Origin: Fibrobacteria bacterium
GTDB lineage: Bacteria > Fibrobacterota > Fibrobacteria > UBA11236
Assembly (NCBI GenBank): GCA_043745805.1
Contig: JAYTSD010000037.1
Coordinates: 43,033 to 107,032, forward strand
DNA: 64,000 bases
Direction of reading: 5' to 3'
This document shows positions 1 to 10,028 of this stretch, piece by piece (within the stretch, counting starts at the first letter, position 1; every line of letters begins with the position of its first letter). Below the pieces are notes generated by a model that had not been told where the DNA came from, made no database searches, and was given only the letters and a program-made list of their open reading frames with translations. The translations under genes and the position numbers were made by a program.

Positions 1-256
1 ACTTTGGGCGGCGCGTTTGGGTGAATTCAATATCCCTGTTTTTGAAATTCGTCCGGGCTTAATTAAAACCGATATGACTTCAGGAGTAACTTCTAAATAC
101 GATGCCTTGATTGAAGGCGGATTATTATTACAATCCCGTTGGGGCATGCCCGATGATGTGGGTAAAGCAGCAGCCATGTTGGCGCGTGGAGATTTGGCTT
201 ATTCTACCGGTCAAGTGATTCATGTGGATGGCGGCTTAACGCAAGCTCGCTTGTAA
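1..256 (+). CDS. SDR family oxidoreductase (3-ketoacyl-ACP reductase-like), 5'-truncated by window edge
   Basis: C-terminal SDR motifs '[12 protein letters not shown]', 'RWGMPDDVG', '[10 protein letters not shown]'; frame is open to the window start. Confidence 0.85.
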   Translation, partial: LWAARLGEFNIPVFEIRPGLIKTDMTSGVTSKYDALIEGGLLLQSRWGMPDDVGKAAAMLARGDLAYSTGQVIHVDGGLTQARL

Positions 257-343
257 GGATGCCTATGAATGTGTATGCAAGCAAGCGCAACCTATTTAAA
301 TTTCAACTTCAGTATTAATAGCAAATAAATTTAAGGCAAAACT

Positions 344-979
344 ATGAGTTCTATTATCGATCAAATTCAGCAATTAAGAATACTTCCCGCCGTTATTTTA
401 GATAAAGTAGAACAGGCCAAGCCTTTAGCCGAGGCTATGCGTGCTGGCGGTTTACCTTGTTTGGAAATTACTTTTCGTACTGAAGCCGCCGAAGGCGCAA
501 TTAAAGCCTTGCAAGATGACAAAGAACTTTTAATTGGCGCAGGCACGGTACTTACGCTCGATCAAGCGAAAAGAGCTTTAGATGCTGGTTCGCGTTTTGT
601 GGTAACACCAGGATTCAATCCAAAAATTGTGCAATATTGCCAAGATCATAAAGTGCCTATTGTTCCCGGTGCCAGCAATCCTACCGATATTGAAATGGCC
701 TTGGAATATGGTTTAACGGCGGTGAAATTTTTCCCAGCAGAATCTTTTGGTGGCGTGAAAACTTTAAAAGCTTTTAATGGCCCTTATCCTATGATGCGTT
801 ATGTGCCTACGGGTGGCGTGAATATCAGTAACTTAAAAAGTTACTTGGAATTTAAACCGGTACTTGCTTGCGGTGGCAGTTGGATGGTGGCTCCAGAATT
901 GATTCGTGCACAAAACTATACCGAAATCACGCGCCTTTGCCGCGAAGCCATTGAGGCGGCGGCTAGTGTGGGCCGTTAA
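344..979 (+). CDS. eda: KDPG/KHG aldolase
   Basis: 'EITFRT', 'IGAGTV', 'VKFFPA', 'PTGGV' motifs; next to KDG kinase. Confidence 0.95.
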   Translation: MSSIIDQIQQLRILPAVILDKVEQAKPLAEAMRAGGLPCLEITFRTEAAEGAIKALQDDKELLIGAGTVLTLDQAKRALDAGSRFVVTPGFNPKIVQYCQDHKVPIVPGASNPTDIEMALEYGLTAVKFFPAESFGGVKTLKAFNGPYPMMRYVPTGGVNISNLKSYLEFKPVLACGGSWMVAPELIRAQNYTEITRLCREAIEAAASVGR

Positions 980-1046
980 TCAGGTTAAGGTTGAAAACAC
1001 TTAAATTAAACGTAACTTTTATAATACGTAACTTGCAGGAGAACAG

Positions 1047-2147
1047 ATGTCTGTATTGACAGTAAAACCCAAAGACCAATGCCGTTTTGATATTCTTTCT
1101 TTAGGAGAGGTAATGCTTCGCCTCGATCCATGTGATATGCGCATTCGTACGGCGCGTCAATTTCGTGCATGGGAAGGTGGCGGCGAATATAATGTGGCCC
1201 GTGGCTTACGAAAATGTTTTGGTTTGCGCAGCGCTTTAGTCAGTGCCTTTGCCGATAATGAAGTAGGACATTTAGTAGAAGATTTTATTTTGCAAGGTGG
1301 CGTGGATATGTCCTTTGTGAAATGGATTCCTTATGATGGATTAGGCCGTACCGTTCGCAATGGATTAAATTTCACGGAACGGGGTTATGGCATGCGTGGT
1401 GCCGTTGGTGTTTCGGACCGTGGTTTAACGGCGGCTTCACAAATGAAAAAAGGCGATATTGATTGGGAGCACATTTTTGGCGAACTGGGCGTACGTTGGT
1501 TTCATACCGGCGGTATTTATGCCGGCCTTTCGGAAACGACTCCAGGCATTATCGAAGAAGCCATGCAAGCGGCCAAGAAACATGGAACTATCATTTCTTA
1601 TGATTTGAATTATCGTCCCAGTTTATGGAAAAATTTTGGTGGACAAAAAAAAGCACAAGAAGTAAACCGCAACTTAGCGCGTTATGTGGATGTGATGATC
1701 GGTAATGAAGAAGACTTCACGGCTTCCTTAGGCTTTGCTGTGGAAGGGGTGGACGAAAATCTTTCTGCACTCGACACTTCACATTTCAAAAAAATGATTG
1801 GCGAAGTGGTTAAAGGCTTTCCCAATTTTAAAGCGATTGCCACTACTTTACGCACCGTAAAATCAGCCTCCATTAATGATTGGGGTGCGATAGTTTATGC
1901 AGACGGTAAATTTTATGAAGCGCCCATGCGTGAGAATTTGGAAATTTTTGATCGCGTTGGTGGCGGCGATAGTTTTGCTTCAGGCTTAGTTTATGGTTTG
2001 ATGGAAAAGGGTAGTGCGGAAGCGGCCGTAAATTATGGCGCAGCGCATGGTGCTTTAGCTATGACTACTCCAGGTGATACATCTATGGCCACTTTAGCCG
2101 AAGTAGAAAGTTTAGTTAAAGGTGGCAGCGCGAGAGTACAGCGGTAA
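1047..2147 (+). CDS. kdgK: 2-keto-3-deoxygluconate kinase (PfkB family)
   Basis: 'GEVMLRL', 'GGGEYNVA', 'DLNYRPSLW', 'DRVGGGDSF'; GGAG RBS upstream. Confidence 0.9.
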   Translation: MSVLTVKPKDQCRFDILSLGEVMLRLDPCDMRIRTARQFRAWEGGGEYNVARGLRKCFGLRSALVSAFADNEVGHLVEDFILQGGVDMSFVKWIPYDGLGRTVRNGLNFTERGYGMRGAVGVSDRGLTAASQMKKGDIDWEHIFGELGVRWFHTGGIYAGLSETTPGIIEEAMQAAKKHGTIISYDLNYRPSLWKNFGGQKKAQEVNRNLARYVDVMIGNEEDFTASLGFAVEGVDENLSALDTSHFKKMIGEVVKGFPNFKAIATTLRTVKSASINDWGAIVYADGKFYEAPMRENLEIFDRVGGGDSFASGLVYGLMEKGSAEAAVNYGAAHGALAMTTPGDTSMATLAEVESLVKGGSARVQR

Positions 2148-2172
2148 TTCGTTAAACTTTTTTATGACTAAT

Positions 2173-2204
2173 AAAAAAGGCCAGCTATATTAGCTGGCCT
2201 TTTT
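2173..2204. terminator. Bidirectional rho-independent terminator
   Basis: AAAAAAGGCCAGCTA-TAT-TAGCTGGCCTTTTT hairpin with A/T tails between convergent kdgK and peroxiredoxin. Confidence 0.9.
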
Positions 2205-2219
2205 GCTGTTAGGGAAAAA

Positions 2220-2855
2220 TTATTTAGGTTGAGGCGTTAAACGCAAATAGGATTTTATTTTTTTATAGCCTAAAGGAAAGCGTTGTTTCAAATCCTCTTC
2301 ATCTTGCAAAGCAGGTGCTATGACAACATCTTCACCTTGTTTCCAATTCACCGGCGTAGCCACTTTAAATTTATCCGTTAATTGCATGGAATCAATAACG
2401 CGCAAAATTTCTTGGAAGTTACGTCCTGTGGAAGCAGGATAGGTTATGGTTAAACGAATTTTTTTGTTGGGATCAATAATGAAAACCGAACGCACCGTCA
2501 TTTTATCTAGGGATTGAGGATGTAACATACCATATAAGGTGGCAACGGATTTATCTTCGTCCGCAAGGATAGGGAAATTTACCACACAATTTTGGGTTTC
2601 ATTAATGTCATGGATCCAGCCCTTATGCGATTCAACTCCATCAACGGACAATGCTAATACTTTAACGTCACGTTTATCAAATTCTGCTTTAAGTTTACTG
2701 GTTTCACCGAGTTCGGTAGTGCAAACCGGAGTATAATCGGCAGGATGAGAGAACAAAATAGCCCAATGCCCATCGATATATTGATGAAAATTAATTTTTC
2801 CTTCGCTTGAGTCTTGGGTAAAGTCTGGCGCTATTGATCCTAATTGTAAAGACAT
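2220..2855 (-). CDS. 1-Cys peroxiredoxin (Prx6 type)
   Basis: 'FSHPADYTPVCTTE' active site, 'YPASTGRNF', 'ATPVNW'. Confidence 0.95.
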   Translation of the reverse strand: MSLQLGSIAPDFTQDSSEGKINFHQYIDGHWAILFSHPADYTPVCTTELGETSKLKAEFDKRDVKVLALSVDGVESHKGWIHDINETQNCVVNFPILADEDKSVATLYGMLHPQSLDKMTVRSVFIIDPNKKIRLTITYPASTGRNFQEILRVIDSMQLTDKFKVATPVNWKQGEDVVIAPALQDEEDLKQRFPLGYKKIKSYLRLTPQPK

Positions 2856-3038
2856 AATTAACTCCTAGTTTAAGGTTTAGGTAAAAATTTAATAAAGCAA
2901 GGATAGCTATATGCCGGCGGTATGCCATGTAAAATAACCTATAGAAAACATTATCTCTTGTTATCCCTATTTACAAATAAGACAATTTAACTTTATGACG
3001 CAAGCCAATTTAAAAACCGGAATAAGGTGCCCTAAGCT

Positions 3039-5192
3039 GTGAAATGTTTATTCATTAATACCTATTATCCCGGATTTATGGAGGCTCATTACGCGCGTTA
3101 TGCCGATTTAGCTAATCGCTCCTATGCCCAGCAATTAACTTCACTTGAGAATTGCATGTTTGGAGACAGCGATTTTTATTCTCGCGGTTTAAAATCGGCT
3201 GGTTGGGAGGCAGAAGACATTATCATCAATTGCCCTTCACTGCAAACTGCATGGGCAAGAGAACATGGTGGCCCTTCTGGTGAATTAGAAATCATGTTCA
3301 ATCAAATTTTAAGATCCGCTCCCGACATAGTATATTTTCAAGATCTCAATCACTTTACTCCTGAAATTCTCCATGCTATTCGTCCCATGGTTAAATTAAT
3401 AGTTGGACAAATCGCTACACCCATGAAGCCTGATTTAGATCTACAACCCTATGATTTAATTTTTTCATCCTTTCCGCATTATGTGGAACGATTTCGCAAA
3501 CAAGGTATTACGGCCTATTTTCAGCCTCTTGCATTTGAAGAACGAGTTTGGGATGCGCTTCGTTCTGTTCGTAAAGATATTGGTTGCTCTTTTGTGGGCG
3601 GGATTTCCAGTTTGCATGTTACCTCATATCATCTTTTAGAAATGCTTGCAAAGAAAACACCCACGCAATTCTGGGGTTATGGATGCGAAACCTTACCTGC
3701 GCAATCATTGGTAAAAGTGCGTCATCATGGTGAAGCATGGGGCATGCAAATGATGGAAATCATGGCGCGCTCATTGATGACCATTAATCGGCATGGAGAA
3801 GTAGCAGAAAATAATGCCAATAATATGCGACTCTTTGAAGCTACGGGTGCCGGAACCTTATTGATTACGGACTTTAAAGATAACCTCCATGAATTTTTTG
3901 AAATAGGCAAAGAGATAGTCGTATTTCATAATGCTGAGGAATGTTCCGCTTTAGTTAATTACTACTTAGCACATCCTGATGAAGCCGCACAAATTGCTAT
4001 GGCCGGTCAAATGCGTACTTTGAAAGATCATACCTATAAAGTACGTATGACAAAAACCGGAGAAATTCTCGCACGTCACTTACGCAATTATGAAGAGAAA
4101 AATACTTTTGCAAGTCCCGACTATAATCGAATTTCGTATAACAAACAAGCTATTGATAAAAATCAAATAACTTCTTCCATGACCGAAGCGTGGAAGGACA
4201 AAAATATACCTATGCGACAAAGGGCTTTAACTCAACAAGAACTGGGAATGATGTACGCGGGTAAACCGATTCGTCCCTTTAATACCTTGGTTGAGTCACT
4301 TGAAAATTTAATTCATGCTAATGATCGAGTACTAGAAATCGGATGCTCCACGGGATATTATTATGAAGTATTAGAATATTTATTGCACAAGCCTCTGCAT
4401 TATATCGGTGTCGATTATTCTGAAGCAATGATTGCTATGGCGCGAGATTATTATCCCAAAACAGAATTTCACATTGCAGATGGCGCACATTTACCTTTTG
4501 AATCAAATACTATTCCTGTAGTAATTTCTTCTTGCGTATTATTACATGTACCCAATTATAGAGATCATATTTTAGAAACGGGACGCGTGGCGAATAAATT
4601 CGTGGTTGCCCATCGCACACCTATATGTCGTCAAAGGCCTACCCATTTTATCAAAAAATTCGGATATGAAGTGGAAATGGTGGAATTAATATTTAATGAA
4701 AAAGAATTAATTCAGCTTTTTAATGAAGCAGGGTTAGATCTTATTCGCCAAATTGAAATAGAAGAATCATCAGATGATTTATTCTCCATTAATTATATCT
4801 TCCAAAAAGGAAAACAAACTTATCTATCTATGTCAGTCGAAAAAAAAACCTCTATTGAAGAGGCGGAAAATCTTATAAAGGCTGGCCGACTTGCAGAAGG
4901 AAAGTTCGCTTTAGAAAAATTGGAAAGTATAGCAGATACTCGCGTGCTTAATGATTTAGCGGTAGTTAATCATCGTATGGGCGATAAACAAAAAGCCTTA
5001 CAGTATTTGTTAAAGTCGGTAAAAATAAACTCCATGGATCGACTTACCTTAATGAATTTATTGGAGTTAGGGGATCACATTTCCTTATTAGAAGCTATTA
5101 CGGAATTAGTAAAAGCTTATTTAGCGGAAAACTCAAATGATGTGGAGATGTGCGATCTGCTGGAGAAAGTCCAGCGCGATAGACAAATTTGA
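3039..5192 (+). CDS. CgeB-like glycosyltransferase fused to class I SAM methyltransferase and C-terminal TPR-like region
   Basis: 'NMRLFEATGAG.LLITD' GT motif; 'VLEIGCSTG', 'GVDYSEAM' SAM motifs; helical TPR-like C-terminus; GTG start. Confidence 0.8.
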   Translation: MKCLFINTYYPGFMEAHYARYADLANRSYAQQLTSLENCMFGDSDFYSRGLKSAGWEAEDIIINCPSLQTAWAREHGGPSGELEIMFNQILRSAPDIVYFQDLNHFTPEILHAIRPMVKLIVGQIATPMKPDLDLQPYDLIFSSFPHYVERFRKQGITAYFQPLAFEERVWDALRSVRKDIGCSFVGGISSLHVTSYHLLEMLAKKTPTQFWGYGCETLPAQSLVKVRHHGEAWGMQMMEIMARSLMTINRHGEVAENNANNMRLFEATGAGTLLITDFKDNLHEFFEIGKEIVVFHNAEECSALVNYYLAHPDEAAQIAMAGQMRTLKDHTYKVRMTKTGEILARHLRNYEEKNTFASPDYNRISYNKQAIDKNQITSSMTEAWKDKNIPMRQRALTQQELGMMYAGKPIRPFNTLVESLENLIHANDRVLEIGCSTGYYYEVLEYLLHKPLHYIGVDYSEAMIAMARDYYPKTEFHIADGAHLPFESNTIPVVISSCVLLHVPNYRDHILETGRVANKFVVAHRTPICRQRPTHFIKKFGYEVEMVELIFNEKELIQLFNEAGLDLIRQIEIEESSDDLFSINYIFQKGKQTYLSMSVEKKTSIEEAENLIKAGRLAEGKFALEKLESIADTRVLNDLAVVNHRMGDKQKALQYLLKSVKINSMDRLTLMNLLELGDHISLLEAITELVKAYLAENSNDVEMCDLLEKVQRDRQI

Positions 5193-5251
5193 AGTAATAA
5201 AAATATTACCTCTTAAAACATAGCGGTTTTAAATTAATCCTTCTGACTCAC

Positions 5252-6133
5252 TTAAGCGCTTTGCAAGCGTGCGATACGAGTTTCTAAAGGAGGATGAGTG
5301 GACATTAACGCGAAAAACTTGCTAGGCTTGCCTGAGATTTTCATCGTGGCTAAACCCGCTCGGTCTGCTTCTTCGGGCACTCGACCGGAAAAACTTTGTA
5401 AAGCTTGTAAGGCCCCAATCATTTTAGCACGACCCGCAAATCGCGCTCCACCAGCATCTGCACGGAATTCTCTTTGACGTGAGAACCAAGCAACTACCAT
5501 ATAGCCGAGTATACTCAAGGCAATTTGTAAAACGATCTCTGTGATAAAAAATACCATGCGGCGACTTTCCGCTTTTACATTTTGACTTAAGGCAAAGGCA
5601 ATAATTTTTGCGAAGAACATTACAAAAGCATTAATCACCCCTTGAATTAAAGTCATGGTAACCATATCTCCATTAGCGATATGTGCAATTTCATGACCCA
5701 AAACCCCTTCAATTTCTGAACGGCTCATGCGATTTAATAAACCCGAAGATACGGCAACCAAGGAACGACTCTTGGTAGGTCCGGTGGCAAACGCATTTAC
5801 TTCAAGACTTTCATAAACACCCACTTCAGGCATAGCAGGCAATCCCGCTTGGCGTGCTAAATCATGAACCGTACTAACTAAATCACCATATTCTCCGCTT
5901 GCATTAGGATTAATAACTTTAACGCCCATCATCCACTTGGCCATCAATCTCGACATCGCGAGAGAAATGAACGCGCCACCCATACCCCAAACCAAACAAA
6001 ATACCATAAGAGAGCTATAATCTATGCCATAGGTGGAAATATAATGACCTACACCTAATAGATTGAGAACAAGAGAAATGGTTAATACCACCAATAGATT
6101 GGTTAATCCAAAAAGAATAATTCGCTTAAACAT
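5252..6133 (-). CDS. htpX: Zinc metalloprotease HtpX (M48)
   Basis: 'NAFATG', 'HEIAH', 'NGDMVTMTL', 'REFRADAG', 'STHPPLE'; start taken at ATG of MFKRIILF with GGAG RBS. Confidence 0.95.
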   Translation of the reverse strand: MFKRIILFGLTNLLVVLTISLVLNLLGVGHYISTYGIDYSSLMVFCLVWGMGGAFISLAMSRLMAKWMMGVKVINPNASGEYGDLVSTVHDLARQAGLPAMPEVGVYESLEVNAFATGPTKSRSLVAVSSGLLNRMSRSEIEGVLGHEIAHIANGDMVTMTLIQGVINAFVMFFAKIIAFALSQNVKAESRRMVFFITEIVLQIALSILGYMVVAWFSRQREFRADAGGARFAGRAKMIGALQALQSFSGRVPEEADRAGLATMKISGKPSKFFALMSTHPPLETRIARLQSA

Positions 6134-6332
6134 GTATTTGTACTCCTTGATATATAAGCTATCATTTTGTTGAATAATAGGCAAAAAAATATTGATATGG
6201 ATTTCGTTTTAAAAAGAAACTAATACATCAATAATTTTCCATTTTGCAACACTTTGATTCCTTTGTCTTTCTTTAATTAGATAATGCAAAAACAAAGCCA
6301 AGAATAAATGAAATTTTTAGGAGAGAAAAAAA

Positions 6333-7073
6333 ATGTGGCATTGGGTAACTGATATGCAAATTTGGATTAGCCTAATCACTCTAACCGTGATGGAAATTGT
6401 TCTTGGCATAGATAATATCGTTTTCATTACAATTCTTGCCGGCAAGCTTCCTGCAGAGCAGCAATCGAAGGGACGCAAGCTGGGTTTAATATTGGCGTTA
6501 TCTACGCGTATTTTATTATTGCTTAGTCTTTCGTATATGGTAAAACTTATCGAACCCTTATTCACCATTTTCGATCATGGACTTTCAGGTCGAAGCCTTA
6601 TTCTTATTTTCGGGGGTTTATTTTTATTGTATAAAAGTACGCATGAAATTCACGGGAAAATGGAAAGCTCAGAAGAGGGCCCAAAAAAACTTTCGCGTAA
6701 CCCCAGTTTTATATCGGTGCTTATTCAAATTGCATTGCTAGATATTGTATTCTCTCTAGACTCAGTGATTACTGCCGTAGGCATGGTTGATCAAATTGCG
6801 GTGATGGTTGCCGCCGTGATTATTGCGGTGATGATTATGGTTTTACTATCTGATCCAATCAGCCGTTTTGTAGATAATAACCCAACTGTTAAAATGTTAG
6901 CATTAAGTTTTTTATTACTAATTGGGATGACATTAATTGCGGAAGGTTTCGATAAGCATATCCCTAAAGGTTATATCTATTTTGCCATGGCATTTTCTGT
7001 GTTTGTCGAAGTATTAAATATTCATGCGGGTAAGAAAAAACTTGCCTCCAAAACCCCCAAAAGTAAGGCCTAA
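6333..7073 (+). CDS. TerC family integral membrane protein
   Basis: 'EIVLGIDN', 'DIVFSLDSVITAVG', 'IPKGYIYFAMAFS'. Confidence 0.92.
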   Translation: MWHWVTDMQIWISLITLTVMEIVLGIDNIVFITILAGKLPAEQQSKGRKLGLILALSTRILLLLSLSYMVKLIEPLFTIFDHGLSGRSLILIFGGLFLLYKSTHEIHGKMESSEEGPKKLSRNPSFISVLIQIALLDIVFSLDSVITAVGMVDQIAVMVAAVIIAVMIMVLLSDPISRFVDNNPTVKMLALSFLLLIGMTLIAEGFDKHIPKGYIYFAMAFSVFVEVLNIHAGKKKLASKTPKSKA

Positions 7074-7164
7074 ATTCAGGGTTATCTCAAAAACACACAA
7101 ATAATCTTTGCATTCTCAGACCATATCCTATACATTGGAAGTGAGCGATGAATAGGAGGCCATA

Positions 7165-8706
7165 ATGGGCCAGAAAAGCAAATTCCATTTAGAAGTAAAA
7201 AATAGTTTCTTGCGAATATTCACGCTCCTATTAGCGATACATATTTGTTCCTTTGCCCAAAACTATCAAAACGATTCCTTGGCAGTAAAAGCAATATTAA
7301 ATGCCATAGGTAAAAATAATGTTGCCGTAGAAAATGTTAGCACCGTACATAATGGCCGCATCGACACTTTACGCCTGGCGAAACTGCAAATCACGGCTTT
7401 GCCCTCCGACTTAGCCAATTTAACTGGCTTACAAAGTTTGAATTTAGATTCGAATTTTCTCACAACAATACCTGCCGGAATATTTCATTTAACCGCATTG
7501 TTAAGGCTGCAAATGCAGGCCAATCGCCTAACTCAAATTCCCGACAGCATTTCTCAATTAGTAGAATTACGCATCCTCGATTTACGCCACAATGAATTAA
7601 CTTCCATCCCCACTGTAGTTAGCGGCTTAAATAAATTAGTGGTATTGTATCTGGGAGACAATCGCCTTCAAAATCTGGATACTAATTTCGCGATTATCCA
7701 ATTCGATACCGTAACCTATAAAATACATCCTCTCGATCTTTCCGAAAATCGTTTATGTAATTTACCTACCGCGCTTAAAAATTGGGCACAAGCGTTCGAT
7801 CCCGGTTGGGAGAGTAAACAATATTGTGCGGAGTATTTGAATGATTCCGCAGTAATACGAAATGTATTAAATAGCCTAGGCTTACAGGACTCAAGCCTTT
7901 CCGTTTATAGTCGACCGAGTGCAGGCCGTATACAGACTTTGCGCTTAGTGAATAAAGGGCTAACACTAGTCCCCGAAGCATTAATGCAGCTTACAGGATT
8001 GACCAGTTTGTTTTTAGATAGTAATCAATTAAGCACTTTACCTTCAACATTTTCGCAACTAAGTAATTTAAAAGCCTTGAGTTTAATGAAAAATAATTTC
8101 ATGACTTTTCCAGAAACGATTACCCAATTAGTGAATGTGAAAATTCTGGTTTTTTCCGGGAATCAAATTCAAGCTTTACCCAATGGTGTGGGAAACTTAA
8201 GAAAAATGACAACGCTGGTACTTAATCACAATAATTTAACGACTTTACCCTTTGAAATAGGTGCTTTGAATGGATTACAAATACTGGACATTGCTGCAAA
8301 TCACCTGAATAGTTTACCCGATGAAATAGTCACATTAAAGCCGCAAATATTAGTGTTAGCAGGAAATCCACTTTGCGCGCTTTCAAGTTTGGTTACAACA
8401 TGGGCAAATACCTATGCGGCAGGTTGGGCACCGGCAAATACTTGTTCAACAGTAATATTATCACAGACCAGTTCTAAATCAGAACAAATTTATTGGACTA
8501 AAGTGGCCGAGGGTGTTCGCGTATCTTTTCCGAAGCCTATGCAAAAGGCTACGCTATATAAAATAGGTGGCGAAAAAATAGTATTACCCATTAACGGAGT
8601 GAAAAAAGAATTTTTATGGAAAACAAGTGAATGGCAAGTGGGACTGTATTTTTTGCAACTCCAAGGGGAAAATACTAGTGTAACCTTAAGGATACCTCGG
8701 TTTTAA
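7165..8706 (+). CDS. Secreted leucine-rich repeat protein, two capped LRR modules plus possible T9SS-like C-terminal domain
   Basis: Signal-like N-terminus; many LxxLxLxxNxL repeats; duplicated caps (NDS..LN..G..GRIxTLRL / NxLCxL...WA...GW...C). Confidence 0.85.
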   Translation: MGQKSKFHLEVKNSFLRIFTLLLAIHICSFAQNYQNDSLAVKAILNAIGKNNVAVENVSTVHNGRIDTLRLAKLQITALPSDLANLTGLQSLNLDSNFLTTIPAGIFHLTALLRLQMQANRLTQIPDSISQLVELRILDLRHNELTSIPTVVSGLNKLVVLYLGDNRLQNLDTNFAIIQFDTVTYKIHPLDLSENRLCNLPTALKNWAQAFDPGWESKQYCAEYLNDSAVIRNVLNSLGLQDSSLSVYSRPSAGRIQTLRLVNKGLTLVPEALMQLTGLTSLFLDSNQLSTLPSTFSQLSNLKALSLMKNNFMTFPETITQLVNVKILVFSGNQIQALPNGVGNLRKMTTLVLNHNNLTTLPFEIGALNGLQILDIAANHLNSLPDEIVTLKPQILVLAGNPLCALSSLVTTWANTYAAGWAPANTCSTVILSQTSSKSEQIYWTKVAEGVRVSFPKPMQKATLYKIGGEKIVLPINGVKKEFLWKTSEWQVGLYFLQLQGENTSVTLRIPRF

Positions 8707-9992
8707 AAGGGGTCGCGTGTCATACGACCCATATGGCCACCATGAATGCCTATATCATTTACGCTTTCGTCACGATTATTAAAACTTTTATTGACATGAC
8801 CAGCATGTGTGAGTTTAGAGTAGCTAGAAAGTAAATAAGACCCTTTTCCCAAAAGCTCAAAAGGTTTTGCGGCTTTTGCCTTTCTCTTCCACCACTTTCC
8901 TCGCGCCTTTTTTTCCAACTCCGCAATTTGTGGATCTTTTACTAAATGCCCTGGAGTATCGAGATTCAAGTCATTTTGTTGTGCCAATTTAAAACCCGTG
9001 GAATTAAAAAAAAGCGGATCGGTCAACAAATTAAAATTAGCATCACAAGTATCATTATTTGGATTTTGATGGTTTAAGCGTAAAATGTGAAATGGACATT
9101 TATAACAATGTTCTTCTCCATTATTGGCAAATGCATTATTTAATATTTGCACGTTTAAGCGACTATCCGACCAAATACCATAAGTTTTGTTTTCATAAAA
9201 AATATTATTAGCAATTTTAGGATTACTTTCTTCTGTATAAATTCCTGCACTTTGATTGCTGAGAAAGTTGTTATTGGTAATAATGGGTTTGCTTTTGTGT
9301 ATCAAATAAATACCCGTATTATTGTGCAAAAAAATATTATGATGAATAAAGAAAGTGCTTTTTCGTAAATGTAGGGCATGATGAGCATTCTTAAATGAAG
9401 CAAATCCAATTTCGACTTGTTCGGCGTTTTGGCCATAAAAACGTAGGCCATCCCATTTGGTTTTTGTGGAAAGCGTGTCCATGCTTTGAAAAATAACAGG
9501 TTGTTCTTCAGAACCTAAAACATAAAATGAACCTTCGATTTTAATACCGACATAAAGTGAATCTGCAAAGTCTTCAAATTTTGGTTTTGCCGGAACATCG
9601 GATTCTAAATCCTCTTCTGCTAGGCTTTTCTCTTCATGCTTGTCTGCAGATTTAGCCTCGATTTTTTTGGGGGAAGACTCGCCTTTATGGTATTTTTCTT
9701 TAGGGTGTTCTTTTTCCTTGGGTTGGTTTTCCTCAAGTTGTTTTTGCTTTTCGACTTCTTCGGCACAGGGTTTAGGGGAAGTAAAAAGTACCACTACACC
9801 GGCTTCAATTCTTAGCCTAGAATTTTCGGGAATAGTAATATCATTAGTGACAATATAAGGGGATTCGGCTAAAGTCCAATCGGTTGGTAAACGAATTTCG
9901 CCGCAGACTTCGGTTTTGGCAAATAATAGGGGCCACATGCCCAATGCTATAATGTTTAGGAATAGATTTTTTAACCACTTCATATCTCGCAT
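8703..9992 (-). CDS. Secreted right-handed parallel beta-helix (NosD/PbH-like) protein with K/E-rich insertion
   Basis: 'WTLAESPYIV...I.AGV', repeated 'NNxF..N..GIY' units, 'DIGIHGG' end. Confidence 0.75.
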   Translation of the reverse strand: MRDMKWLKNLFLNIIALGMWPLLFAKTEVCGEIRLPTDWTLAESPYIVTNDITIPENSRLRIEAGVVVLFTSPKPCAEEVEKQKQLEENQPKEKEHPKEKYHKGESSPKKIEAKSADKHEEKSLAEEDLESDVPAKPKFEDFADSLYVGIKIEGSFYVLGSEEQPVIFQSMDTLSTKTKWDGLRFYGQNAEQVEIGFASFKNAHHALHLRKSTFFIHHNIFLHNNTGIYLIHKSKPIITNNNFLSNQSAGIYTEESNPKIANNIFYENKTYGIWSDSRLNVQILNNAFANNGEEHCYKCPFHILRLNHQNPNNDTCDANFNLLTDPLFFNSTGFKLAQQNDLNLDTPGHLVKDPQIAELEKKARGKWWKRKAKAAKPFELLGKGSYLLSSYSKLTHAGHVNKSFNNRDESVNDIGIHGGHMGRMTRDPF

Positions 9993-10028
9993 AGGCTACA
10001 TTGTACGATGCCAAGCGGTGGTTTGCAA

